From an uncultured delta proteobacterium (GTDB lineage: Bacteria > Desulfobacterota > RBG-13-43-22), in the NCBI GenBank assembly GCA_963790475.1, contig CAWBOS010000012.1:1440001-1504000 (forward strand): a stretch of 64,000 nucleotides of DNA, given 5' to 3'. The notes under the pieces were generated by a model. It was not told the origin of the DNA. It did not search any database and saw only the letters and a program-made list of their open reading frames with translations. Every line of letters begins with the position of its first letter. Positions within the stretch are counted from its first letter, which is position 1. Shown piece after piece: positions 31,368 through 41,392 of this stretch. A program made the translations under genes and the position numbers.

Positions 31368-32702
31368 TTATTCAAGGGCCAGAAGCATCCCATCCCTGGT
31401 GCGGGCAAAGAGCAGGCCGGCGGCATATATCAAATCTCCTTTTAGCGGAGACCCCAGGAGAAATTTCCATCGCGGGCTTCCGTCCTGGCTGCTCAACCCA
31501 TATAGCACTCCGGCTTTTGTCCCGAAATAAACCGTGTCTCCAAGTATCAACGGCGCTGTTGCTATGCCGTCCCCCAGTTCAATCTCCCAAATGGTAGATC
31601 CTTTCCGGGCATCCAAGGCATAAAACCTGCCTCGGTCATCTCCCACAAACAAGCGGTCATTGAAAACAGCGGGAGAGGAGACAAATTTCCCTATTTTCTT
31701 TTTGGGAAAGGTTCCCCACATGGTCCCGGCTTGCAGGGGAGGCCGCGGCACAGGAAATCCCAGCACCCAGGACTGGATCCAGAGGACTTCTAACGAATGC
31801 GACCAGGGGTATTGACGGGATTTATGTTTCAAGGCAATCAGCTTGCCATCTTGAGTTACGGAATAAACGATATTTCCCGCAATTACCGGGGCATCGATTA
31901 ATCTTTCCGACAGGAAAAATTCCAAGCGTCGGGCGCCGGTTTGGGCACTCAGGCTATAGAGTTTTCGAGTGCCGGAGCCCGCGTAAACAATTTTATCGCC
32001 AACCGCGGGGGCCTGGTCAATGTTATCATTGATTTGTGCCTTCCAGACCAAGGTACCGCGATTGGCATCCAAGGCGTACAGGTTCCCATCAGCAGAGCCA
32101 ATATACAAAAGGCCGTTGACCACCGTCGCTGAGCCATCGATGAAATTTTCGCTTTTAAACTGCCAGCGCAGTTCTCCCGAATGGCGATTCAAAGCGATAA
32201 CCCGGCCATCCAGCAAACCCAGAAACAACAAGTCGTTGGCTATGGCCGGTGACGAATTCACGGGACCGGTGGTCCGGTAAGTCCAGATTGGTTTCCCATC
32301 GGAGACCTTTAGAGCAAGCACCTTGAAGTTGTCTCCCACATACAGGACCCCGTCTGACACTGCCGGGGAAGAGTCAGCCGACTCGGACTGAGCCAGTGAC
32401 CAACGGATTTTCCCTTTAAAAGAAACCCGTTGATCAAGATGACGCTGGTGGGTGGGAGTTCGGGCATAGGTCGCCCATTCCCCCGGCTGAGCACCGTTTT
32501 CGATCCGAGAAGAGAGGTGATAAAACAGCAATCGCAGGTTCGGGATAAAGGGGCTGCTCAAGACCAGGTAGGTGAGAAATCCAAAGAACAGGAGCAGGAT
32601 AAGGCCCCTAAATTTCCAACCTACTTTTTTTGCGGCACCATGAGGCGAATTAGAACGCCTCTTGTTATACCAGATGGTCTTTTTGAAATCGAATTCTTCC
32701 AG
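31368..32702 (-). CDS. PQQ-like beta-propeller repeat protein (BamB-like) with N-terminal TM
   Basis: Repeated SSPA..LYVG..DG.LYALDA..G..W units; frame stays open 47 codons upstream of 32561 to a CTG preceded by AGAAGG. Confidence 0.85.
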   Translation of the reverse strand: MEEFDFKKTIWYNKRRSNSPHGAAKKVGWKFRGLILLLFFGFLTYLVLSSPFIPNLRLLFYHLSSRIENGAQPGEWATYARTPTHQRHLDQRVSFKGKIRWSLAQSESADSSPAVSDGVLYVGDNFKVLALKVSDGKPIWTYRTTGPVNSSPAIANDLLFLGLLDGRVIALNRHSGELRWQFKSENFIDGSATVVNGLLYIGSADGNLYALDANRGTLVWKAQINDNIDQAPAVGDKIVYAGSGTRKLYSLSAQTGARRLEFFLSERLIDAPVIAGNIVYSVTQDGKLIALKHKSRQYPWSHSLEVLWIQSWVLGFPVPRPPLQAGTMWGTFPKKKIGKFVSSPAVFNDRLFVGDDRGRFYALDARKGSTIWEIELGDGIATAPLILGDTVYFGTKAGVLYGLSSQDGSPRWKFLLGSPLKGDLIYAAGLLFARTRDGMLLALE

Positions 32703-32824
32703 TTAAATAACCTTCTTTTGTTTTATATCTGACGCGGATGGACACTACCATATCTGCTGAATTATTGCAGCATGTTTAATGTCCTGAGACCTCCATAAAA
32801 TAAGGTTAACCGGAGATTAAGGGT

Positions 32825-32928
32825 AAAGAAGCTTTGGGCTTTATGGTGGACAACCCCGGAAAAGAGGACCTCCCGGTCCCATTTAATGCGAGCTCTTCAT
32901 TTTCATGTCAAGACTATTATGAGACCCT
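32825..32928. repeat. Diverged partial copy (one end) of the 24542-24854 element
   Basis: AAAGAAGC..GGTGGACAACCCCGGAAAAG..CCCATTTAATGC.AGCTCTTC..TTTCATGTC shared with 24752-24854. Confidence 0.8.
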
Positions 32929-33384
32929 TTCTTACTATTGGTTTCCTGACATCCTGGATGAGACTCTAATTCCTCCGCAGATATGGAGTCTTGAATTATG
33001 AAACTACTTTTGATAAACTGAAAAAAATTACTTACTCAGACCGGAGTATTTCGTTATGGAGACCATGGATTTCAGGCCTTGAAGACTCTGGAGTCGGGTC
33101 CGCTCAACCCGGAAGAAATGGAACGGATGAGAAAAATCGGGGATTACCTCCATGGGGATTAATGAAATCCTTGTTTAACTTGGGGGAGTGAATTTAACTT
33201 TTTTAAGCAGGGGGGGTCTGATTCATTAAAATAAAATGTTTTAAAACTCATTGCAATTACTTTAACCGTTGTAATTCTAATTAAGAAGGGAGGCGACTAA
33301 TCCGGAATTACCTTAATCCTAAAAGTTGTGCAACCCTTATTCGCCTTTCGGCGCCAAAAATTATCTTTAGAAGGAGGAATGATC

Positions 33385-33867
33385 ATGAAAAAGAAGGTTA
33401 ATCTGTCTGCTCGTTCGGCTGTACCCGTTATGGTGATGGCGGTTTTCCTGGCCGCTATCTTTTTTACCTGGGCCAATCTTTCAATGGCGGCTGCGGCCGA
33501 CCAGTCTGCTCCGGCCAAAGTCAGGCGCTCACACGTGGAACGGACCGAGGCCCACATTAAAGACCTTCAGGCTGCCCTCAAAATTACCAAAGAACAGCAG
33601 GGGTTATGGGATGAAGTTACCAAGGTGATGAGGGAGAATGCCAAGATCCTGGAGGACCTCATCAAGGCCAGGATTGATAAAAAGAATAATATGAATGCTG
33701 TTGAGGATCTTAAATCCTACAGCCAGATTTCTGAAGCCCAATTAGAAGGGATGAAGAAGTTCATTCCGGCTTTTGAGGCCCTTTATAACAGCATGTCGGA
33801 TGAACAAAAGAAAAATGCCGACGTTTTATTTAAAATGGGCAGGCATGGACAGCACAGAAGGAAATAA
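33385..33867 (+). CDS. Spy/CpxP (LTXXQ) family periplasmic protein
   Basis: Signal peptide, LKITKEQ..W, LYNSMSDEQKKNAD; AAGGAGG RBS. Confidence 0.85.
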   Translation: MKKKVNLSARSAVPVMVMAVFLAAIFFTWANLSMAAAADQSAPAKVRRSHVERTEAHIKDLQAALKITKEQQGLWDEVTKVMRENAKILEDLIKARIDKKNNMNAVEDLKSYSQISEAQLEGMKKFIPAFEALYNSMSDEQKKNADVLFKMGRHGQHRRK

Positions 33868-33940
33868 TCGCCCGGGCCGCTGCCTCAAGATCGGGCACCT
33901 ATCAGGCGATCGGGAATTATTTCAATAAAGGAGGTCTGTT

Positions 33941-34273
33941 ATGAAAAAAATAAAGATAAGAGACAAGAAAATCTGGTCTACTGCGGGCAAGATTCTTGTC
34001 GGACTGGTATTGGTTTCCATGGTCGGCGGCCTATCCCCCCTACCGGCCAATGGTGAAGATTTTAGACGGGGGGGCCCCCATGACCGAGACCGGTTTGAAC
34101 GCCGGGACCGAGACCGGTTTGAACGCCGGGACCGAGGTCGGGATGGCTATTACCACCGGCGGGTCTATCGAGATTATCGTCCCTCACATCGTGGTTATGG
34201 GCCTCCTACGGTGTTTATTGAGCCACCGCCGCCTCCGCCGGGCTTCAGTATTTTTTTCCCCTTTGGCCGGTAA
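33941..34273 (+). CDS. Small secreted Arg/Asp-rich, Pro-tailed hypothetical protein
   Basis: AAGGAGG RBS, signal peptide, 24-bp tandem repeat (DRDRFERR x2, 34082-34129), PPPPPPGFSIFFP tail. Confidence 0.75.
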   Translation: MKKIKIRDKKIWSTAGKILVGLVLVSMVGGLSPLPANGEDFRRGGPHDRDRFERRDRDRFERRDRGRDGYYHRRVYRDYRPSHRGYGPPTVFIEPPPPPPGFSIFFPFGR

Positions 34274-34464
34274 GAGGGGGGTCCGTAGGACCATAAGCCT
34301 GACGTTGTTCAGTTTATCCGTTAGATTTTCTTAAGCCTCAATCCGGGGACACCAGGCCTATTTGATTTTTGGCATTTTTCTAAATCAGGATATTGGGCTG
34401 GATGTCCCCGGAATTTTAATTTCAATATACGGTTGTGGAAAGTTCTTCAGCGCGGAGGGTAGAT

Positions 34465-35328
34465 ATGGGCGTTCGGTTTCGTTGGCTGGGATATGTCTGT
34501 TTCGAGTTTGTCCTGCCCTCGGGCAAAGTGCTGGTAGTCGATCCTTATATCGACTATTCACCCACGGCGCCGATTAAAGGCAGTGAAGTTACCGGCGCCG
34601 ATTACATCGCCCTCACCCACGGTCATTACGATCACATTACCGATGTCGGATATCTTCTGCACAAATTCCATTCCAAAGTAATATGCAGCCGGGAAATCGC
34701 CGAACCCTTATCCAGAGTCTTCAATATCGATTTGGGGGACCTCATCCGGGTCAGCGCCGATGACAGGGTCGATTTCTGCGATCTGCGTATCGAGGTTAAG
34801 CGAGGTCAACACATCAATCTGCTCCCGCCGATGCGTCAGGCCTACGCGCAACTCCTGGGTAAAGAGGCTGACTTGGCCTGGTCTTTTAAGAAGATTCAAA
34901 AGGAAATAGAGACCGCCTTGAACCGCATTCAAAAACCGGAAACGACCGCGATGCTGGAAAAACTTGATCGGGCCGGGGTGACGGGAGGCGAGCAATTAAA
35001 TTTTCTTTTCCAGACTGAGGACAATCTGCGCCTTTTCTTCTACAGTTCGGGCCCTGAAGACCACCTGCGTCCGATTGCGGCCGAGGCGCGTCCCCAGGCC
35101 ATTTTCATTCAACTGGGAGGAACGGATTTAGAAAAAATGGCGGAGATGGCCGCAATCTCCGGTGCAGGCCTGGTCATTCCCACGCATCACGACGGCAACG
35201 GGGTGGAGAGCTCCCAGCGCTTAGCCGGAAAATTCGCCCACCTGTTGGCAAAAAAAACAAAAGCCCGGTTTGTGAATATCGAACACGGGAAGTGGTACGA
35301 AATCGCAACTCATTGCCAGCCCCTCTGA
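34465..35328 (+). CDS. MBL-fold metallo-hydrolase
   Basis: FRWLG, VDPYI, THGHYDH, VIPTHHD. Confidence 0.88.
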   Translation: MGVRFRWLGYVCFEFVLPSGKVLVVDPYIDYSPTAPIKGSEVTGADYIALTHGHYDHITDVGYLLHKFHSKVICSREIAEPLSRVFNIDLGDLIRVSADDRVDFCDLRIEVKRGQHINLLPPMRQAYAQLLGKEADLAWSFKKIQKEIETALNRIQKPETTAMLEKLDRAGVTGGEQLNFLFQTEDNLRLFFYSSGPEDHLRPIAAEARPQAIFIQLGGTDLEKMAEMAAISGAGLVIPTHHDGNGVESSQRLAGKFAHLLAKKTKARFVNIEHGKWYEIATHCQPL

Positions 35329-35386
35329 GAAATCAAGAAGTCTTATTTAATATCAGAAGGCCATCCGGGTCACCAGGGGAGAAAAC

Positions 35387-36430
35387 ATGAAGGAATTTAT
35401 CGATCTGAGAAGCGACACCGTCACCAAACCCACGCCGGGTATGCGAAAAGCCATGGCCGGAGCGGAAGTGGGGGATGACGTTTACGGGGAAGACCCCACG
35501 GTCAACGCCCTGCAGAAAAAAGTGGCCAGGATGTTAGGTAAAGAGAGGGCTATTTTTGTTCCTTCCGGGACAATGGCCAATCAATTATCCATCAAGGCCC
35601 ACACTCAGCCCGGAGACGAGGTTATCCTCGAGGCTACGTCTCATCCCTATAATTTTGAAGGCGGGGCCGCAGCTGTTTTGTCCGGGGTCCAATTTTTCTG
35701 TCTTCCGGGGACAAGAGGTATTCTCGAGGTCTCTCAGGTCGAAGAGGCCATCCGACCCCTCGATGCCCACTTCCCGGTGACCAGACTGGTCTGTCTGGAG
35801 AACACCCATAACCGTGGGGGAGGGTCTGTCTATCCTATTAAGAACCTGTCAGAGATTTATAAACTGGCCAAATCCAAGGGCCTTTCGGTCCATCTAGATG
35901 GTGCGAGACTCTGGAACGCTTCAGCGGCCACCGGAATCAAACCATCCGAATATGCCCGATGGGCGGATTCGGTATCGGTTTGCCTTTCAAAGGGGTTGGG
36001 GGCCCCAGTCGGCTCCCTGGTAGCCGCCTCCGCCGCTACTATCGATCGAGTCCACCGCTTTCGGAAAATGTTCGGCGGCGGGATGCGTCAAGCCGGAATT
36101 CTGGCGGCTGCCGGGATCTATGCCCTGGGCCATCATCTGAAAAGGCTGAAGGTCACCCATGATCAGGCCAAACGCCTGGCCCTTTTTCTCTCGGGATGCG
36201 AAGGAGTCTCCATCGATCCCGATCAGGTTGAGACAAATATCGTCATCTTCGATGTGTCCCAAAGCCGAAAAACACCGGCGCAGGTAGCCAAGGCCATGAA
36301 GGCAAAAGGGGTATTGATCCATTCCCTGGGCAAGACCCAGATTCGTTTGGTGACCCATATCGACATCTCCGACGCCGGTATTGAAAAGGCCATCGAAGCC
36401 TTTAAACAGGTATTCCATTATTCGGGATGA
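35387..36430 (+). CDS. ltaE: Low-specificity L-threonine aldolase
   Basis: [57 protein letters not shown]. Confidence 0.95.
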   Translation: MKEFIDLRSDTVTKPTPGMRKAMAGAEVGDDVYGEDPTVNALQKKVARMLGKERAIFVPSGTMANQLSIKAHTQPGDEVILEATSHPYNFEGGAAAVLSGVQFFCLPGTRGILEVSQVEEAIRPLDAHFPVTRLVCLENTHNRGGGSVYPIKNLSEIYKLAKSKGLSVHLDGARLWNASAATGIKPSEYARWADSVSVCLSKGLGAPVGSLVAASAATIDRVHRFRKMFGGGMRQAGILAAAGIYALGHHLKRLKVTHDQAKRLALFLSGCEGVSIDPDQVETNIVIFDVSQSRKTPAQVAKAMKAKGVLIHSLGKTQIRLVTHIDISDAGIEKAIEAFKQVFHYSG

Positions 36431-36693
36431 AAGAGCCAGCGTTATCTCTATAAATTCAAAGCTCTCATATATTCTCGCATTGAAAAATACAGTCCTCTCA
36501 CAGCGATAATAATGTCAAGCCGTTATTGTTCCTTTCAACCCATTCCCTAAAATAGGAACCAGGAGTTGTCTCACCCAACAACCGGGAGGCCGAGTGAAGA
36601 CCCATAACAGGTAATCCCTATGAACCGGCCTTAACTTGGGGGAGGGAGCTTCAAGGCTGAGAAAGCCTCGTCAAGGCAGAAAGAGAGGACAGG

Positions 36694-38049
36694 ATGCAGA
36701 TGGTCAATAAGAAGGCAACTCGCCTTATGATTTGGTTGATGGTGCTGGTCTTAGCCGTACCGCTCCAGCTTCCGGCCCAGAACACCGCGGGGGCGGACAA
36801 TACGGAAGGAAATTACACCTACTCTCAGGAACGGCTCGACCGACTGCTGGCCCCCATAGCCCTCTATCCGGACGTCCTCCTTTCTCAGATCCTCATGGCC
36901 TCAACCTACCCTCTTGAGGTGGTCGAGGCCGACCGCTGGCTCAGACAAAGAGCGGGGCTTACGGGGGACCAACTCGATGAGGCCTTGAAAGAAATGCCGT
37001 GGGACCTGAGTGTGAAATCGCTTTGCCATTTTCCGAAGGCTCTCGACATGATGAGCACCAAACTCCAGTTTACGACGGACCTGGGGAATGCCTTCTTAGA
37101 CCAGAAGGACCAGGTGATGAATACGATCCAAAGCCTGCGGGCCAGAGCACGAGCAGCAGGGACTTTGGCTTCCTTAAGTAATGAAAGGGTTGTCGACCAG
37201 GACCCCTATATCTCGATTGACCCTGTTGAACCGGAGGTCATTTACGTTCCGTATTATGATCCGTGTACGATCTACGGACCGTGGTGGTATCCTGAGTGCG
37301 GACCCCTGTGGTTCTGGTGGCCTGACGTTGTGATTGGAGTGGGTTTCTTTTTCGGCCCCCCCATCTTTTTCGGCCGCCTGCACGGCTGGTGCGGGTTTCA
37401 CTGGCGTCACCACGACATCTTTGTCCATGTAAACCGGGTAGGCTTTCTCGGGAGAGTGGGTATTACCAGGCTGCACGGTGGTGTGGAAACCTGGGTCCAT
37501 AACCCCATACACCGCAGAGGAGTGGCCTATCCCGGCCCGGCGACGGCCCGCCGCTTCGGACAGGCTCCGCGGCCGGGTGTGGAAGCCCGGCGCCTTTTCA
37601 GGGGATTTCCATCCACGGAGGGGGCTCCCGGGTCGCGGGCTATGCCCGCCAGACCGACACCCGGCCCTGTTGAGCGAGGAGAAAGGCTGGAAAGATCGAG
37701 GCCTCCGGAGGTTCAACGACCGTCCAAACCGGAGGGCTTGAGCCGCCCTCCCGAGGTTCTAAGGCCAAGCAGGCCGGAACCCAGGTTTCAGGCAGCCCCC
37801 CGGCCCTCAGGGGGAGCAGGGCCGATGGTCCAGCCACAGTTCCGGCAGCCGAGAATGGGCAACCCTTTCGAGGGTTTCGGACGCAGCGGTCCGGAAGTGA
37901 GACAGCACAGCGAGCGTGGTTTCCAAAGTCTTCAGGGCGGCCGGCCCAGCGGAGGCTTTCAGCAGGGTGGTCGGCCAAGTGGTGGCGGGGGAACGCCCCC
38001 GGGGGGAGGCTTCAGTGGAAGAAGCAGCCCTGGGCGTGGTCGGAGATGA
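36694..38049 (+). CDS. DUF3300 domain protein with R/G/P-rich tail
   Basis: LLAPIALYPD.LLSQILMASTYPLEVV, YVPYYDP. Confidence 0.9.
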   Translation: MQMVNKKATRLMIWLMVLVLAVPLQLPAQNTAGADNTEGNYTYSQERLDRLLAPIALYPDVLLSQILMASTYPLEVVEADRWLRQRAGLTGDQLDEALKEMPWDLSVKSLCHFPKALDMMSTKLQFTTDLGNAFLDQKDQVMNTIQSLRARARAAGTLASLSNERVVDQDPYISIDPVEPEVIYVPYYDPCTIYGPWWYPECGPLWFWWPDVVIGVGFFFGPPIFFGRLHGWCGFHWRHHDIFVHVNRVGFLGRVGITRLHGGVETWVHNPIHRRGVAYPGPATARRFGQAPRPGVEARRLFRGFPSTEGAPGSRAMPARPTPGPVERGERLERSRPPEVQRPSKPEGLSRPPEVLRPSRPEPRFQAAPRPSGGAGPMVQPQFRQPRMGNPFEGFGRSGPEVRQHSERGFQSLQGGRPSGGFQQGGRPSGGGGTPPGGGFSGRSSPGRGRR

Positions 38050-38094
38050 GCCATCTGAGAGATTCGGCTTACGATTGAATAACGGAGGAAAGTT

Positions 38095-39057
38095 ATGGAC
38101 CTGTTCAGACATAAAGAAAAAAGTCTTTTCCCTTCGAGAGTTATCCCTGTCCTGGTTATTGCCTTGTTTTTGGTAGGGATAACCGGCCTTACCAGCCATT
38201 CCTCTCGACTGAAACACCAGGAGACCTTCAGTTCTCCGGAGGAAGCCTTCAAAACCATGATGGAGGCCATCAAGACCGGCAATAGTTCACACTTAGTCCG
38301 TCTTTTCGGCCCCCAGGGGAAGGCCCTTTTTTCGGAGGAGGCCCGATTGAGCGGGCAGACGTTAGGTCGGTTTCTAAAGGAATACGGGGAAAAGAACAGG
38401 TTGGAAAAGATAGGTAAAAATATGGTTGTGCTGCATGTCGGCCAGGAAGACTGGCCCTGGCCTATTCCGGCGGTCAAGGTTGGAACGCGATGGCGGTTCG
38501 ACGTTGAGAAGGGCAAAAGGGAAATCCTGGCCCGAAGAATCGGCGGGAATGAAGTGGCCGCCGTTCAAGTCTGTCTGGCCTATGTTGATGCCCAGCGTGA
38601 ATATGCCCGGGAGCATCCCACAGCCAAGGGATTGGGCGAGTACGCCGAAAAATTTATGAGCGACGAGGGGAAAGAAGACGGCCTGTGCTGGGTTCCGGGG
38701 AAAGAAAAAAAGCAAAGCCCCATCGGACCGCTGTTAGCCAATGCCTGCCAGATTGATTACTCGGGCACCCGGCCGAAGGGAAAGCCCGCTCCTTACTACG
38801 GTTATTATTACAAGATTCTGACTCGGCAAGGCAAAGATGCTCCAGGAGGCGCCTATGATTATATCGTCGATGACAAGATGATCGGAGGATTTGCCCTGGT
38901 CGCTTACCCGGCCTTCTACGGAAAGTCAGGCATAATGACCTTGATTGTCAACCAGGACGGGCAGGTCTATGAGAAAGACCTCTTGGAAAAGACCGAAAAA
39001 ATTGCCAGTGCCATGAAGGAATTCAATCCGGATAAAACCTGGAAAAAAGTGGATTAA
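38095..39057 (+). CDS. DUF2950 domain protein
   Basis: WPWPIP, EILARRIGGNE, PYYGYYYKIL, GFALVAYPA.YG.SGIMT, FNPDKTW. Confidence 0.9.
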   Translation: MDLFRHKEKSLFPSRVIPVLVIALFLVGITGLTSHSSRLKHQETFSSPEEAFKTMMEAIKTGNSSHLVRLFGPQGKALFSEEARLSGQTLGRFLKEYGEKNRLEKIGKNMVVLHVGQEDWPWPIPAVKVGTRWRFDVEKGKREILARRIGGNEVAAVQVCLAYVDAQREYAREHPTAKGLGEYAEKFMSDEGKEDGLCWVPGKEKKQSPIGPLLANACQIDYSGTRPKGKPAPYYGYYYKILTRQGKDAPGGAYDYIVDDKMIGGFALVAYPAFYGKSGIMTLIVNQDGQVYEKDLLEKTEKIASAMKEFNPDKTWKKVD

Positions 39058-39395
39058 GAATTGTGCCTGTGCAATTGTCCTGCTCATGTGCCGGTTTCGT
39101 CTGCTCGGGTACCTCGGGCTACGATACTTCCTTGATGAGTCGGAGTTGGGTGTCAGACCAGGCGATGTCCTTCTTTCCATCTCCAAAAGGGCTTATTTCA
39201 ATACACTTCCAACATGGGATTAAATATTCTCCCACCCGCCCAGCTTGCCTGAAAAATGGGATGTTGAAGCCGAATCCCTGGATATCGGGGGAGCTTCAGA
39301 AATAACCATGGGATTATGGGCTCAGGCAAGTTCGCAGAATGAAATCGTCCCTTTGGACCAAGGGGTTATTACCTTTTGTCAAAAAAGGAGGATAA

Positions 39396-40029
39396 ATGGC
39401 AAATCTTATCACACGGAGACTCGGCCGCACTGATCGGCAGGTAACAACTCTCGGTCTTGGCGGTCAAGCTTCAATTCAGTGGACTGGTCCTGATATTAAC
39501 CCGATTTCTATCAGTAGCAGGCATCAGCACCGTTATCATCGGAATTGGACATATTGATCAAGATCCCAATCGATGCCAACTGGAGCAAAATCTTAAAGCC
39601 GCTCAGCTTGAAAATCCATTGATCGCCGACAAGATGAAAGCCATTGAGGGTAAGGTGATTGCGGCAGGGAAGGAACAGGTCAATTCCTACTTCCAACGCA
39701 AATATATCGGGCTGACCGCACCACGAAATGTGGGTATGGAAGCCGACATGGCCGGACCAAATTTCGGTCACCTAGCGGTAAGAGTCAGTTGGGATACCGC
39801 CTACGCCGGTAAGTTTCCCGAAGAACGTTATGATATAGTGTTTGACGATAAGCTTGTGGCCGGTCTTTCCCACCATCCTCAGATCACCACAAGACGTTTC
39901 CATTATGATATGATTTTCAACAAGGACCAGAAACCCGCAATTCATCGCTGTTTAGTACGGGTAGTCGATAGCAGTGGGAAAACAGTGGATAGCAACATCT
40001 TGTCTATCAATCTGGGGGCCATGATTTAG
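39396..40029 (+). pseudogene. Aldo/keto reductase with large internal deletion
   Basis: AAGGAGG + MANLITRRLGRTDRQVTTLGLGG (AKR N-terminus) joined out of frame near 39515 to GISTVIIGIG..QLEQNLKAA (AKR C-terminal motif). Confidence 0.7.
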
Positions 40030-40234
40030 GATCACCAAGGGGGTAGGTCCCCTTCACTTTTCACGGAATGGTTGTTTAATAGTGTCAAAGGTCTGAAGTT
40101 AAGCCCGGGGCGGACCTCCCTCGAAGAGCTCGGGATCTACAACTTGCTTTATACCAATATTTTTGCTATCATGTTGAGCAAGTTAGATTGATTGAATAAA
40201 TCAAAACACCATTTCTGTTGAAGGAAGGAACTGA

Positions 40235-40594
40235 ATGGATATTAAAGGCAAAATCAACGTGGAAAATCAGAGGAAGAGTGCCCTGAAAAATCTTGAAGCC
40301 CAGCGGGTTTTTCTGAAAGAAAAAGGGCTCAAGATCGATGAGATCAAAAAAAATGTTATAGTGCGAAAGCTGAAAGCCGAAGTAAGAAAAGCTGATTTTC
40401 GGATGAGCCGCATTGCCGATCAGGAGAAACAAGACCTGGATCTGGCCCAAGCGAAGGCTGAAAAGCTGGCATCCGGGAAGAAGGCCAAGGAAGAATCAAA
40501 GAAAGAGGCCAAAGTAGAAGAGCAGGGAACGAAAGGAGAAAAGGAAAGATCGGAAAAGAAGACCAAATCCGAGGGAAAGAAGGACAAGAAATAG
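40235..40594 (+). CDS. Lys/Glu-rich hypothetical protein
   Basis: AAGGAA RBS; highly charged coiled-coil-like 119 aa. Confidence 0.6.
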   Translation: MDIKGKINVENQRKSALKNLEAQRVFLKEKGLKIDEIKKNVIVRKLKAEVRKADFRMSRIADQEKQDLDLAQAKAEKLASGKKAKEESKKEAKVEEQGTKGEKERSEKKTKSEGKKDKK

Positions 40595-40699
40595 AAGATT
40601 TTGTCCTGCTTGTCTCTTTGCCCCGGACTTGTTCTTGCCCTATCCTCATTCCACCAAAAAGCAGCTTGCAGATTGTAGAGAAAAGGAGGGTTAACGATT

Positions 40700-41386
40700 A
40701 TGGATGCGGGCCCGACTATTTTTACAGTTAAGGAAGTAACCACAGAGACGGAGCAGATGCGCCTGTTCTCTCTGGTGGCAGAAAAGACATGGTCTTTCAT
40801 CCCGGGGCAGGTAGCCATTCTCGGGATGGAGGGAATTGGCGAATCGTACTATGCCATCGCCTCCGCGCCCGAGGACAAAAATGGCCTGGAGGTCCTGGTG
40901 AAGGACGGGAAGGGCGTGTCAGCCAACTTGTTCAGAGCGAATAAGGGGGATAAAATACAAGGCAAGGGGCCAGTTGGCAAAGGCTTCCCGGTCGACAACT
41001 ATCCCGGTCGAGATTTCATTATGGCGGCGGTAGGGAGTGCCATATCACCCATGAGAAGTGTTATAAGACACATTTGTGCCAAGCGAGGTCAGTACGGGAA
41101 AATATCATTAATATACGGTGTCAGATTCCCCAATGACTTCTCCTTCCTCAAGGAAGTCAAGGACTGGGAGAAATCGGATATTACGGTAACGCTAACCATC
41201 AGCCGTCCCGAGGGGACGAACTGGACCGGAAAGACCGGATATGTAGAACTTTATTTCCCGGAGGCTCTTAAGCAACTGAAACAACCGGTGGCCTTAATCT
41301 GCGGTATGAAAGCCATGCAGGAACAGAGCCGGGATGAACTGGTCAAACTGGGTGTGGCGTCCGACCAAGTCCTGACCAACTACTAG
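40700..41386 (+). CDS. FAD/NAD(P)-binding oxidoreductase (FNR-like electron transfer subunit)
   Basis: FIPGQ, YYAIASAP, GPVGKGF, GSAISPMRS, LIYGVR, ICG. Confidence 0.85.
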   Translation: MDAGPTIFTVKEVTTETEQMRLFSLVAEKTWSFIPGQVAILGMEGIGESYYAIASAPEDKNGLEVLVKDGKGVSANLFRANKGDKIQGKGPVGKGFPVDNYPGRDFIMAAVGSAISPMRSVIRHICAKRGQYGKISLIYGVRFPNDFSFLKEVKDWEKSDITVTLTISRPEGTNWTGKTGYVELYFPEALKQLKQPVALICGMKAMQEQSRDELVKLGVASDQVLTNY

Positions 41387-41392
41387 TGTAGT

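Noticed and set aside
39090-39180. Possible bacterioferritin C-terminal relic on the minus strand (DIAWSDTQLRLIKEV)
   Set aside because: Too short and degenerate to support without a search.
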